Below, piece after piece: positions 10,817 through 32,559 of a stretch of DNA of 44,554 bases; positions within the stretch are counted from its first letter, which is position 1; each line of letters starts with the position of its first letter. The stretch spans positions 1 through 44,554 of the forward strand of contig NIVC01004481.1 in the NCBI GenBank assembly GCA_002269645.1. The letters are read 5' to 3'. Both the position numbers and the translations under genes were made by a program. Below the pieces are notes generated by a model. It searched no databases and was not told the DNA's origin. It was given only the letters and a program-made list of their open reading frames with translations. Source of the DNA: Macrostomum lignano (lineage: Eukaryota).

Positions 10817-12198
10817 GCTGTCTCAAAATTTCGAAACTGGCGCAAATGCGATATGATATGATGAAAATTCGTCAAACCGTTAGCTTTGCCATCAGAATTG
10901 TATATATAGTTGTTTACTATAATCCTTAATACAGATTATTTATATTATAGTTGTCGGAGTGGACTTTTTTTAGTGCGTTTTTCCAGCGCTTCAGTTTGTA
11001 CTTGCTGTCGCTGTTGTCACCAACAATGACCTTTTTTGTCCTTGTCTCTTGGCTCTAGTGCATCAAGTTTCAACGATTAATTAATGACCTGAAATTTGAA
11101 ATTTAGTCAATTAAGTCTGCACTACTACTGATAGGCCTACTTATATGAGTAGTACAATATGACTCTTAAAATTTTTGAGTATTACAAATTTCCCAATTGC
11201 CCGTTCATTTTACATGAGTCCCATGCCGCTAACTCAGTGCTGCCCCAGTCTGTATGTTTTTTTCTATTGTTGATAACTGACTTTTTAAAGGCTTTTTGGT
11301 TGTGCCCCAACCCAGAATCCGCCACTTCTGACTTTGAATCATTGCGTCATTTCAGCCACTGCGTCATCTTTATGGCTCAGCGTTTAAATTATTTAATTTC
11401 TAATTGTACTTTTATATCAGAGATTTAAGCCTCGTCATATGCCCCCGCCAGTGCTCCATTTATTTATTTGTAGCCCCTGAGTTTAGTTTCACACACAGAC
11501 TGTCTGCCCAGTTGCATCATGATTGACAGTACATTGTGAACTATATATGAATGAGTATATGTCAATTTGTAATCCTAATAAGTTTGTTTACATGTTACTA
11601 ACAAACTATTATTATTTCTATATCCATCATATTTTACAGTGAACTGAACTCGGTCCCGCATGTATTTAAAGCTTACAAATTTGCAAACCGTTCTTGCGAT
11701 TGTATTATATTATATATTATATATTATATTATAAACTAATTATGGGTCTCTGCTGACTAAACGGTAAATACTGTTTTTCATGTCCAACCTTGCTGCTTCA
11801 TTTTTATGTGATTGCGGACTCGAACTCCGGAGGGAGTTTATTATAAAGCGGCAATCGACATTATTCAATTATTATTAGGCAGGTGTATTTCTGCGATTAT
11901 GTAACAACGGCAATATTCTGCAGCAGTGCAACAACAGTCACGCTCGAGATGCACTTGGTCAAAACCTTCGCGAACTGCTTTTAGCAGCAGGGAAACTCTG
12001 CATTGCATGTCCATATCTTTGTGATTGCGAATTGAGCAAGGGGTCACACAGTCACAGTTGATTTGAAGTTTACAATTAGCCGTCCGTTAGGGCTCTTCCG
12101 TAGCCATAACAGGTGCATGTTCGCGGAGACACTCAATGGTGTTTGCACAACACCCGATAAAGTCTGAGTTCGAGTCATTCTACTCTCGATGCTCCAAA

Positions 12199-21026
<8,828 letters not shown>

Positions 21027-21678
21027 CGCAGATTGCTGAATGGGATTCTCTCGATCCTTTCCTGTCCCTGCTGTGTCCGCGTTCACCACCGGGTTGGCGG
21101 TGACAAGGCAGCTTTAGCTGCAGCTCGCCACCTTTGATTGGCCCATCCGGGATGCCCAGGATTGGCCTCTCTGATGCAAAGAGCCACGTGCCGGGCGCTG
21201 AATTGCCAGCAGACTTCCAGTGATGATTGCAGGTCAGAGCAGAGGGCAGAGATAAGAAAATGTGAGCCACAGCATGTTGCTGCTTGCCTGGCCACCTGGG
21301 ATTGGCAGGGTTGTACATGTATTTGGACAAAAAGTGAAGCAAAAGAATCGGACAAAAAAGATGAAAGGAGCAATGAAACTCGATATGATTGAGCTGATTA
21401 GTCTTGTCCATATCTATTCGAATTGCTGCGCTACATTTTGCTGGGGTTCATGCGTTGCAAAGTAGCTCGTATCAAGCAAAGTTTTGTCTTTGATTTGAGC
21501 AAAGTTCTAGCATTTACCAGTGCTGTACATGCGCTTGCAACACAGGCGCGCGTGTGAAAACAGCACGTGTGCTGTGCGGACCGACCCGCGTTTGGGCGTC
21601 CGAGCCGCTGGTCAGGCATAAAATCATGCAGGCATACAAATCCACTGAGCCGTGCGTTTCTTTTCACACTTCAGAAGC

Positions 21679-24600
21679 ATGACGGCTTGCCAACCTTCTG
21701 CGGCCTCCGGAGCTGCCAAGCTGGTCCTGCATGTGGCCGCAGTCGCCTTGTTGCTAACCGCTACTTGCTCAGCATCCAGTGCTGGGCATCATCAGCACGG
21801 CTCGCACGGGATACACGATGACCGAGTCATGACCAATACCGAGTGAGTCAAATGAAATTGTGTAGCGAGTCTGTCACTAATAATGTCACAAGTAATATAC
21901 TTTTTCACTTTCGATTTCAATCAACGTGCTTTGTGTCTGAGTCCATTGTGTCTCAGTCTCTTGTGTCTGAGTCCATTGTGTCTGAGTCCATTGTGTCTCA
22001 GTCTCTTGTGTCTGAGTCCATTGTGTCTGAGTCCATTGTGTCTCAGTCTCTTGTGTCTGAGTCCATTGTATCTGAGTCCATTGTGTCTCAGTCTCTTGTG
22101 TCTGAGTCCCTTGTGTCTCAGTCTCTTGTGCCTGAGTCCATTGTGTCTCAGTCTCTTGTGTCTGAGTCCCTTGTGTCTGAGTCCATTGTGTCTCAGTGCC
22201 TTGTGTCTGAGTCCATTGTGTCTGAGTCCCTTGTGTCTCAGTCTCTTGTGTCTGAGTCCATTGTGTCTCAGTCTCCTGTGTCTGAGTCCATTGTGTCTGA
22301 GTCCATTGTGTCTCAGTCTCTTGTGTCTGAGTCCATTGTGACTCAGTCTCTTGTGTCTGAGTCCCTTGTGTCTGAGTCCATTGTGTCTCAGTCTCTTGTG
22401 TCTGAGTCCATTGTGTCTCAGTCTCTTGTGTCTGAGTCCCTTGTGTCTGAATCCATTGTGTCTCAGTCTCTTGTGTCTGAGTCCATTGTGTCTCAGTCTC
22501 TTGTGTCTCAGTCCATTGTGTCTCAGTCCATTGTGTCTGAGTCCATTGTGTCTCAGTCCCTTGTGTCTGAGTCCATTGTGTCTCAGTCTCTTGTGTCTGA
22601 GTTTAGTTTCTCAATCTTGTGTCTCAATCAACGTGGAATTACTCAGTTAATTATTTATCTTAGCAAACCAGAATTATTGTTAGAAAAGCGGAAATTCTGT
22701 TACAGAAAATTGCGTTCAAATTCTCCAAAGGGACACTGAATTTAGTTTAAACACTTTCGCGAGTGACTTTCTTGTCTGTGAGATAACAAGCGCCATTTGC
22801 TTTCAAATTAGAAAATTAGGATACAATTTAAAATTCGTTTGAAAAACATATGCGTTAGATAAGTTCTTCGTCGGGCAAAAACGTAAGATTGTTGAAATCG
22901 TTTTTGTAGTGACTCAGACAAAATCGGAGGGTTTGCGAGTGGACGAAGAATCTTAGAAATGGGCCGACTTGCCCTGCAAGTATATTTATATATGTGAAGA
23001 GTAAGTGCGCGTGAGTCTTACGTAATACATTGCAACACGTGACTAATAATATTTGCGCGCCAATATTGTACGCTCGTACATCGCACTGAACTACACTACA
23101 GTTTTGTTTAAGAAATCCGATGAACTTCAGTAGCAGGTTATTGTTGGCTTCATTGTATCATGCTGTACGCTCCATGTCCCATACTGTACGCTCATTGTCC
23201 CATACTGTACGCTCATTGTCCCATACTGTTCGCTCATTGTCCCATACTGTACGCTCATTGTCCCATACTGTTCGCTCATTGTCCCATACTGTACGCTCAT
23301 TGTCCCATACTGTACGCTCATTGTCCCATACTGTACGCTCATTGTCCCATACTGTACGCTCATTGTCCCATACTGTACGCTCATTATTCAACGCTTTGAA
23401 ATCATTATTTAAGGCCATTAAAAATGCATTCATGAGACAATGACTAATTTTAGTCACTCGTGTCTGCCTCTAAAACCATTTGCACAATCTACCATTGCGT
23501 TCTCCCATGCACATGGGCCATAGACTGCAAAGCCAAGCAAAGTGATAAAAAGCCACCTAAACCGAGAATCGAATTGAATTGAATGTGACTTTGATTGATA
23601 TTGCATGGGAAAAGGTGTACCAGCGATACGACAAATCTTCGTTCCTTACTGGACTTTATTTCATATCTTAGAAAACCGAGTGTGATGCTTCGACTCCAGT
23701 TGTCCATGGCAGACTATTTAAGCAGCATAAAAGTTCATGCAAAAATGGGGTTCAATGAAACAGCCATTTGGCATATTTTTAATCCGCAAAATCCCTAAGC
23801 CTCAGGGAGCGGAGTTCCAGGATCCCTAAGCCTCAGCAACCGAAATACAATAAAACATTTCCAGCCACATCAGGTCTCACCTCAGCGAGGACTTCGGGAT
23901 TAAGAAGGATCCCAGCGAGATGAGCCGGTCTGAGATCGAGTTCTACGAATTCAAGTAAGTCCGCTGCATTTCGTGACTTCGGCACTGACTTTCAATGCCA
24001 TCTCGTAAAGTCTAAAGTCTAGCTGAGAATTAATCCCCCTGGACTGGGGGTTATAGTTCGAATCAATAAGGGAATTAGAGTGGGTCTGGGTTGGGAAGGC
24101 GGCTGCGGGAATTGCATTGATCGCAGCTGAGCGAGGGACTTCGATCCATTTAAAGTCCTTTGTGTCTGCCATGAAGCCAGGACACGGATTTGGGCAGGAG
24201 TTGCGGCTCAGGACTGCAATTTTCTATAAAGCTCAGAAAGCAGTTTTCAGTGAATTATCAATTGTGTTAATTAGTTTAATGCTTTTCATTCCGAGCTACT
24301 AAGCTATTTGTTTGTCTGAGTAAAAGTACAAGTAAGAAGTGAAATAGCTAGCCGCGAAGTTTACTCATAAATTATAGTTTTCTTGCTGAGTCTGCGCTTC
24401 TATTGAACAGTTGGCGGTGTTGTTCGATTTCCTGTCAATTTCAGGAAGGATAAATAATCCCGGATCACGAAACAAGTAGGCTTTATTTTCATTTACAACG
24501 CAATGAAAATCAGGCACGAGAAGACTAGGAATCACTCCGAGGCTCAAATGCCGGGGAGCAAAATTATTGTGCAATAATTTAAAATCGCGCCTGTCTAGAG

Positions 24601-26009
24601 AGTATTTTTAGACACATATCAAAGTAATTGCGCTCACTACGCTCTGTTCGAAATTCTATATGGAAAAGCGTTTCTGTGAAACACGGGCGAATGGGTTACA
24701 GTTTCTGATTTGTACTTTTACTGATTAAAACGTCACCCGATTCGAGCGCTGTCTAGCTGTCTAGCTGATAGGCACCTGTAGTGACTTATATAGAAGACAA
24801 AGCCTTCGGCTCTCGGGATACTCGGGTTACAGTTTCTGATTTGTACTTTTACTGATTGAAACGTCACCCGATTCGAGCGCTGTCTAGCTGTCTAGCTGAT
24901 AGGCACCTGTAGTGACTTATATAGAAGACAAAGCCTTCGGCTCTCGGGATACTAAAAAATAGTGCCTGAGAGCGTGATGCAACTCTCACAGAATTTCTGG
25001 TTACTAAGGCCAAGTCAGGGCCATGGACAAAAAGAGCAAAAATTAAAGGCACCTGCACATTGCGGGCACTATGAGAGTTGCATCACGCTTTACAGTTTTA
25101 TTTGCAATGATCTCATGATAAAATAGACGAAATTGCAGTTTCACGTTCAAAGCTTCCAGCATTGTGCTTTTAACTGAATCATAAAGTTCGATTTTAAACG
25201 ACCAGAAGAAACGACTGGGGTATAAGCTTCAAAATTAGCTGAATCCTACAACAGACTTATCAATAATGCAATAAAAACAGTCAATTATTACGTAAAGCGA
25301 ATACAAAGATCCAGAAGGCTACAAATTACAGGCATCCTGAACCCGCAACCCTCAGGTCTCACGACTTCGACAAGAATGGCAAACTTGATGGGCTGGAAAT
25401 GCTGAAGGCCATGACTCATTACGACTACATCGATGTGAACCATTTGACGCCGGAGGAGGAACGAACCCTGACGCCAAAGCAGATTGCTGAGAAAAAAGAA
25501 AAACTTGTGAATGAGAAGCACGCCTCAATGGAGAGTAAGTGCGCATTGATTCCACGTGTCTGTACATTTGCAGCCTGCTCTTGCCAACAAGTTGCTACGG
25601 GTGCACCTGCAACCCACTGATTATTTGTAAAAGCATCAAGGTCTGCTGGATTGGTGCTGTAAGATTTCAGTGAAAAGAAAGCATTTTAGACTGTACTAGC
25701 TAGGCTTTAGAAATTCCTTCATAATGGACTCGTTCACTTCGGCCAATTTTCAAACCCGAATGCACGACTTAGCGGCCAACTAATGTACTTTTCATCGCAT
25801 GCTTTTAAGGAGTGTGATTCAAATTCCTAACTAGCTTGAATTAAAGTCAAAAAGGACGTTTCAAAAACATTCTAACAGAAAGTAGTTCTAATTTTATTGC
25901 CATTTTTCTAGGAGAAATCGACCACGTCATGGACGAGCATGATTTGGACAAGGACGGCTACGTGGACTACTCTGAGTACCTCACTGCGCGCTGGAAGGAT
26001 GGCAACTAA
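21679..26009 (+). CDS. MCFD2: Multiple coagulation factor deficiency protein 2 homolog (EF-hand ER cargo co-receptor), ~176 aa. Exons 21679-21842, 23865-23954, 25356-25534, 25912-26009
   Basis: Signal-peptide-like LVLHVAAVALLLTATCSA. DHIRSHLSEDF...SEMSRSEIEFYEFKSHDFDKNGKLDGLEMLKAMTH parallels MCFD2 EHIMEHL...[34 protein letters not shown]. Second EF-hand DLDKDGYVDYSEY. Intron phases 2,2,1 join in frame. Confidence 0.9.
21931..22623. repeat. 15-bp satellite (same family as 18646-19710) in MCFD2 intron 1
   Basis: Units tgtgtct(c/g)agtc(ca/tc)t, flanked by the 12-bp direct repeat tcaatcaacgtg. Confidence 0.95.
23158..23385. repeat. 21-bp minisatellite (catactgtacgctcattgtcc), about 10 units
   Basis: Direct tandem repetition. 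Confidence 0.93.
24693..24953. repeat. Tandem duplication, 131-bp period, 2 copies
   Basis: gggttacagtttctgat...ctctcgggatact occurs at 24693 and 24824, nearly identical. Confidence 0.9.
24971..25089. mobile_element. Putative mini-MITE (119 bp) with perfect 18-bp terminal inverted repeats
   Basis: agcgtgatgcaactctca at 24971-24988 and its exact reverse complement at 25072-25089; no clean TSD. Confidence 0.5.
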
Positions 26010-27959
26010 TAGCGCGACTTTAGCAGTGGAATTTCCTTATTTTTTTAGCGCTACTTAAAATTTGGACTGCACGATGTAAGGACTACTGATAGTAGGAGAA
26101 AAGAGACGCTGCGTTTCTTTGAAAACGACTTCAAGAAAGCAGTTTGCTAAACAGAATCGTTTTGCACTGCTTGAATTCTTCTTTCACTTTTTGATGGAAA
26201 GCCGAAAAAGTGTTTTTTGTGTTTCATTCAGTTTCAATGAAAAATGATAAAAGAGCTGAATAGCTTGCAGATGGACAGCAGGATATTCTTCCCTTCAATC
26301 TCGGAAGCAACCGTTTAAAATAAAATGGCATCGGTTCAGGTCTGAATTTTTATTAAACAAGGAATGCATTTAAGCTACAACTAATAACATCGAGCTGAAT
26401 ATTCGTTTTAGCTTGGATGTTTTTGGATAAATTTGCGTGTCAAGAAGCCAGGGCATTATTAAATCTTTCTAGTGTTTCTTCCGAGCCGGAATTGGACAGC
26501 GAAACTTTTATCGTCAGAGTTGCGTCAAAGATTGCGTGCTATCAGCATACTCGTAGTTCCAAATAGCAACTTTGAAACTTCAGTTGGAACAATTGACCGC
26601 AACAGCAGATCTTGGAATTAACAATAGAAGTTGGTATTCAACCATCAGTCTTGTATCACTGATATTTCAATCAACTCGTATAGAATGCATATTGTATGTA
26701 AAAAGTACGAGTAGTATGCCCAGTGCAACGGTACATTATCGTCCGGCTGCAGCATGCAGTTGGCGACCCCACCGATCTGTCATCTGTTGAAGCATTCTCC
26801 CTGCTGCATCACTCTACCTGAATAAGCAGTATTCCATAGACAGTCCATAGTCAACTCCCTGGGGCATGTTGCTAGAGGAGGCAATACGCGTTTCTTTACG
26901 CCCGATTTGAACCATAGACTATGCGTTTTCACACAGATCTATGGAGTTAACTACTCCTTATGTAGTATACATGTAATAACATTGCTGGATTGAAAAAAAT
27001 CGTTAAAAACCTTCAATGCTTTGCTGTTTTGCATTGTTTAGCAATTTGACTATCGTTGTTCGCACATTTTTTGCATTGTTTGTAGGATCGTCAAACTGAA
27101 AGACAATACAAAGAATCAGCGGTCGCAGCACGTGACAACGAATTGTCAATTGTCAACGCATCAATAAAATTCTGTGAACAAATTGACTTAACACCTGCGA
27201 ACTCCTAAGCATCAATTTCCGCGACACAGCGTGGCACCGAACACCTGTTTGACAAGGGAAATACTGCTCGAGCTCAAATTGCAATATTGCAATGACTGGC
27301 AGCTAACGAGATGACAGTGATGCCAGGCCCATGGGAGATTTTCCCGTCTGTATGCCATTGAGACTGTGATAAAAGGCCATGAACAGCTGTGCTGCTTCGC
27401 TTCTGAGCAAGCAGCTTGAAGAGATATTTCACCGTTTATTGGTGAATTGTTGTTGGCTTATTGGCGGATTCAAATTGCCAAATTTTGAGGCGCTGTGACT
27501 CGCTCATGTCAACGGCTTGGGTAAGACGTATGGACAACTTCCTGCAAATCTTTGTGCAGAATAAATCGAATTCATTCAGAGAAGTTAAAAAAACACAAGG
27601 GTGTACTTTAACCAAGTAGAATTGCCCAAATCTTCGGGAAAGCCCCACTACTTGAAAAGATTTTGAAAAGTATTTGAAAAGAACGTGTCTGTATGAGGCG
27701 TGTCTTTGTAGGAGAGCCTCCACATGGTATCGACCATTTGACTGATTTTTCCACATTTTCCTAGAGTATGTGTTTTACCTTTATTTCACTGTGTACATGT
27801 ACTTCACCTGTCTTAAGTTCGGTAGTTTCCATAAAAATTTCCCCTATGTAATTTTTCCTGACAAAACCAGAAGTCTCGCACGCGTTCTCGTCTCATCCGG
27901 CTTCTATAAGCAGTAGGAATGCAACTGTGGCTCTCATTTTTTAATATGAATTGTAGAAA

Positions 27960-29029
27960 ATGATGCTTCAGCTCTTGTTGCTGCTCATTGTTGGACTCCA
28001 ACTTGCTGAATTAGCCACTCCCGAGCGAACCTATTGGACCAGCCGCGACGGTCTCTCTGACTATGAGGTTGCGAGCTCGCGCTCCATGCGCTCGGAAGTC
28101 GAATGCCTCAATGTGGCAAGCAGCGAATCCGCTGTGCAGCTGGTGGCGTTCAACGCCAGCTCCGGCCTGTGCGCTCACTTCAGGTGTCGCCTGGACCTGA
28201 GCCACTGCAGGAAGTGCCGGGATGTGAACAAAGGAGATCATCAAGTGTGGGTGAGTCCTGTGTCAGCAGCATTCGCATTAACATAGTCTGAATTGACACT
28301 TTAGCAAAAAACTTTTTACATTGCAGACAGCCGGCAGTGACTGCTGGACCACCGTGCAGCACAGGGTGTCCGGCTCAGTGGACTTTTACCGCAACTGGAC
28401 TCAGTACCAGAGCGAGTTCGGCGAGGGACCCGACGGAAACTACTGGATCGGTACCATTTGCGTTTCTAAATTGCGGATATTTGGAACTTATTTAGCATGT
28501 TTGCATTTTTCGAAATTTGTGCAAGCAAATTTATTGGAATTCATAGAACTGCACACAGAGTTTAAGCATAGCAAAAGCAACATGACCATTTTTACCAATC
28601 CCAGGCCTGAACTCTCTCCATACTCTGACGTCATCTGGCGCACGGAAGCTGAGGATCCTGATGAAGGACTGGAACGACTCGATTAGCTGGGCTGAGTACT
28701 CCAGCTTCTCAGTGGGTCCCGAGTCGGACAACTACCGGCTGAGCGTGTCCGGCTTCTCCGGCAGCGCCGGCATCGGCGACTCACTGTCCTACAGCAGCGG
28801 CCGGCAGTTCAGCACGAAAGACGTTGATCACGATGCCCACCTGGAAAGCAACTGTGCCAAGGTATATTCCGGTGCCTGGTGGTTTTTCGCCTGCCACAGT
28901 ACGCACCCCAATGGAGTTTACAAAAACTTCTCTGAGGCTATCGGTGGTATGTACGCACAGGGCACCATCTGGAACTTAAAATATGGGTACTACTACTCGC
29001 TGAAGGAGTTCGAGATGATGGTACTGTGA
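27960..29029 (+). CDS. Secreted fibrinogen-related protein (signal peptide + degenerate PAN/apple-like segment + fibrinogen C-terminal domain), ~279 aa. Exons 27960-28250, 28327-28450, 28605-29029
   Basis: [26 protein letters not shown]...[13 protein letters not shown]...LRILMKDW...[19 protein letters not shown]...FSTKDVDHD...[12 protein letters not shown] are FReD hallmark motifs; intron phases 0 and 1 join in frame. Confidence 0.92.
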
Positions 29030-29094
29030 AACTGATTAAAAATCTTAAACAATTTGCGAATTCTTTTGGTCAACAGCCAACCTTAGCAGCATTC

Positions 29095-29100
29095 AATAAA
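29095..29100 (+). promoter_or_regulatory. Probable polyadenylation signal (AATAAA) of the FReD gene
   Basis: 66 nt after the stop codon and directly adjoining the retrotransposon target site. Confidence 0.6.
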
Positions 29101-29104
29101 ACTC

Positions 29105-29329
29105 TGTCGAAAAATGAGTTGGCCTAGGCTAACCGCCTATTTCATCCATATGGTATTTTCTCTATTTACACTGTACGCACGATGTACTCAAATAATATAT
29201 CTCCGCCAAACCCCCAAAATTTTCACCTATGTTTAAGTTAGAAAATATAAAAGCTGAATTCTGGGCTGCGACCGCCCTAACTTCGTTTTCTTTATCGTCA
29301 GCCAAAATCAATTATTGGTTTATTCTTTA
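29105..29329 (+). repeat. 5' LTR of the BEL/Pao element (225 bp)
   Basis: tgtcgaaaaatgagttggcctaggc...ttattcttta; matches the 3' LTR. Confidence 0.95.
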
Positions 29330-29902
29330 TGGCGCCCAAACAAAAAGTACAACAAACAATTTAAAACTATTGCGGCCTACAGAAGCTCAAGCTAGTGCAA
29401 CTGCACTGAATCTCTAGCGCAGCGATATTTCACGTTCCGCACGGGGCTGCTATGTTGGCTATCGGCGAAGCGCAGTCATCGGAATAAGCAGCAGCTCGCG
29501 GCCTCCGGATCGCTGCAGCGGTGGTCCCGTCAACGGTATTCCGGTCCCTCGGGTTCCACGAGAAACCTTCAGCCAGGCCCTCTCTGATCGATGTCGAACA
29601 GTCCTTGCGTTGATGAGTATCGTAACTGTTTCTCCTTTTACATTACGTTTTTTGCGCATCTCGTTAACATTATTGACAGTTATACGTATAGTTAATAGCT
29701 GATCGTTAAATTTTTCAAACTCTTGAATTTTAGAGTTTCTCTTAACAAATTTACTCGTATTTTTTTGCTTTTTGCATTCGCTTGTCTTCGTGTTCACTCG
29801 TAGTGTTATCCTGCAGTCTGCTTCTTTTTTTGGGCTGTCCGTCTTCAAGTTCTCAGTGTCGGGAGTTCTTGGCTTTAGCAGCATCTCCCAATTCAAGTCG
29901 TC

Positions 29903-32450
29903 ATGGTTCTCAGTGAAGACGAGCTATCTTCAGCAGTCAGGAAGCGTGCAGGTATCCGCGCGGCGATCACGAAGGCTGTTGGAAAGGCTGACCATCTTCT
30001 CTCCGTGGATATTGGTCGAGCTGCTAATCGTGCGGATGCGGAGGCAACTGTGCAGATTCTGAAGTCGAAATTGACGGCAGTGCAAGCATTGGATGAAGCC
30101 ATAGAGGAGTCTGTAGCTGAAGAGGGGCTGGATGCTGAAGTGGAAGAGAATCAAACTTATTCGATGAAGTGTATCAGCTTAATCAAGATGCTGGAAGCAA
30201 CTTTCAATAGTCAACAATCGCCGGAGGAGTCAGCGGCCAAAAGTCATTCCGTAGAGTCCGGTCGCAGATCAAGCTTCCCAAGAGGCAAATCCCGACATTC
30301 ACTGGGGAGATTTCGGCGTGGCAGTCATTTTGGGATCAGCTCAACTCTTCCATACATCGCAACTCTAGCCTGTCAGATATAGACAAGTTCAACTATCTCG
30401 TCAGCTCTCTGTCCGACTCAGTCAAGGCAAGCATTCGAGGCCTGTCAGTCACGGCGGCCAATTATTCAATAGCCTTAGATATTTTGCGAGAGCGCTACGG
30501 AAAGAAAGAAATCATAGTCAAGGACTTAATGCACAAGATATCTGAACTTCGTCTTCAGGACTTATCTCTAAAGTGTCTTCAGCAGTTTCACGACGACACA
30601 ACTGCCAGCATGCGCAGCCTGGAGACTCAGGGTTGTAGTGTGAGCATCTTTTGTGAATTCTATTAGCTAGTTTCTATATTGTTGTTAATAATAATTATTT
30701 TTCTTTAATTTAGTTACGCGGTCTAATGTACTTTTTCTTGTTAGTTAGAGTTTACTTTGCGTAAACAGGGTAAAAGTCAGACGCCAATTCTGTGACTCAG
30801 CGGAGGGTTAAAGTTTCTGCAAACCCCAGCTTTGCGCGGCCAGCCAATCAGAACCGGCCTGGACCCTGGCACGCGGCAAAATCCAACTCTACCCGGCGCC
30901 GCGGGCTCAGTGCAATTCAGCTTAGCAAGCGGCCGGCCAGACGACCACCACCCGGCTTGAGGGGGGTTTTGAGGGGTCTGACAATGACTATATATGAAAG
31001 TGTGTTTGGCGGTCGGATCTCACCCCTTTTTTTCCCGCTTCCGGTTTTGTTCCAACTTCCCGGCCGTTTTGCCCTATTTTGGTTCCGCGCTTTGAGGCGC
31101 TCAATTTCATCACCCCCGGTCCGTGTTTACTCACTGCCCGACCGCTTCAGTCTTGTAGCGTAACGTCTCGGCAATCCTTGTCTGAAGTCGTCGCTATTAA
31201 GCGCGGTCTAGATAGAGACTGACGGATTCGATCAAGTACGTGGCCTCGACCCCGAGGGCCTCAGTGTCACACTGAAGGGCAGCGCTGATAGAACTTAGTC
31301 AGTGCTCCGCTGAACAGTCGATTCGTCAGGGCTCTCGTTCGAGCGTAGGTTCTGAGTTAGGCCAGTGTTTAGGAATCTTCTCCGTGGTCCTGTTCGGTTT
31401 TTCTTCTTCAAGCTGAGATCCGCTCGCCAGTGCGTTATCTAACTAATTAATTGATTATTATCGTTATTGTTCGTTTATCAGTGCTCGGAATTTAATTGCG
31501 TTGCGAAATTGTAGTAAGGATTGTAATCAACTTGACGTCATTTAATTAAATCGTCTGAGTCCATTACTCATTAGCTATTCTTACTAGGATTATCACTCTC
31601 TAAATCTATTCGGATCGTTTTCACCTGTGTTCTTCCTTTTCTTGTACCGTACTGCGACTATTTGAGAAAGATTGGTAGAACTCGCCGACCGGCGATAGGC
31701 AATAGGGCCAATAGTTTTAAAATCTCTGAACGCTCCAAAAATAGGTTTGTCTAGGGCCTAAACTATTGCTTTTCGTGCATGCTATTTATTTAATTGTATT
31801 TATCACAGGGTGTTGCCGCGGAATCGTATCAGTGTCTGCTGGTGCCAAGTCTAATGAACAGGTGCCCTGCTACATTCGACTCGACTTGATTCGGTCAGCT
31901 CAACTTCAGGGAAAACTATTGACACGCTTGGCAGCTTTCTGTGTTTTTTGAAGAATGAAATTTTGTGCATGAGTCCGCTGGATCGCAGCTCAGCCACAAG
32001 TCAACTTCACAAGCATCTCATTCAGAGTCAAAGCAAGCTTCAAACTCATCAATGTCAATGGCATCAACACTGGTAGCAGTGCAACCGAAAGCACCAGACG
32101 CTACGAAAAAAATGTTTTGCACCTATTGCAAAGCTTTGCATCATTCGGAAATTGCGTGGAGTTCCCGACCGTGGCGTGGCGTGGACAATTTCTGGTGAAA
32201 GAGAAGCGGTGCTTCAAGTGCCTGCGGCCTGGTCACATGGTTCAACAGTGTCGCGATCCGCGGAAATGCCGTGATTGCTCCGGCAAGCATCACGTAAGCA
32301 TCCGTGCTCAAGGCGTGTCTCGTAAAAAATCTCCACCTAAAGGTGAACGCCACAACGGCTTCTGGTTCCTCCGACAGCAAAGACAGCAAGGGTTCCTCCG
32401 GCTCAAAAAATCGATCTCAGTGTCTCACAGTTACGGCCGACGATGAGGCC
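29903..32450 (+). pseudogene. BEL/Pao gag (DUF1759-type core and Cys/His knuckles), frameshifted and interrupted
   Basis: MVLSEDEL...; after a frameshift IKLPKRQIPTFTGEISAWQSFWDQ...DIDKFNYL...ANYSIALDILRERYG; after the insertion LLVPSLMNR/PCYIRLDL; CTYCKALH, CFKCLRPGHMVQQC and CRDCSGKHH knuckles. Confidence 0.9.
30634..31807. mobile_element. Solo LTR (1174 bp, TG...CA) inserted into the BEL gag, probably from a Gypsy-type element
   Basis: Termini TGTAGTG...TATCACA; 4-bp TSD GGGT at 30630-30633 and 31808-31811; removing it restores the gag frame LETQG|VAAESYQCLLVP. Confidence 0.88.
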
Positions 32451-32559
32451 TCTCGTTCACGTCCTTCGTCTTCAGACTTGCATGGCTCGGAAACAAGGAC
32501 CACATCATCACAGTTGGAAGCCAGCTCGCTCGTCATGTCAATGTTTATCTCTGAAAATC

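Noticed and set aside
10987-11058. Candidate extra MED1 exon after TTCCAG
   Set aside because: Gives a short hydrophobic peptide in AT-rich sequence with no MED1 resemblance.
21027-21089. Longer globin N-terminus from the GTG start in the ORF track
   Set aside because: Non-ATG start; the first ATG gives the MGC motif and follows an acceptor-like site.
26848-26954. Short inverted repeat tagtcaactcc / ggagttaacta
   Set aside because: Only 10 of 11 bases match and there is no TSD; compatible with chance.
27436-27756. 106-aa minus-strand ORF
   Set aside because: AT-rich, with no recognisable motif or splice context.
29459-29896. 145-aa antisense ORF in the BEL leader
   Set aside because: Lys/Asn-rich translation of a T-rich untranslated region; no domain evidence.
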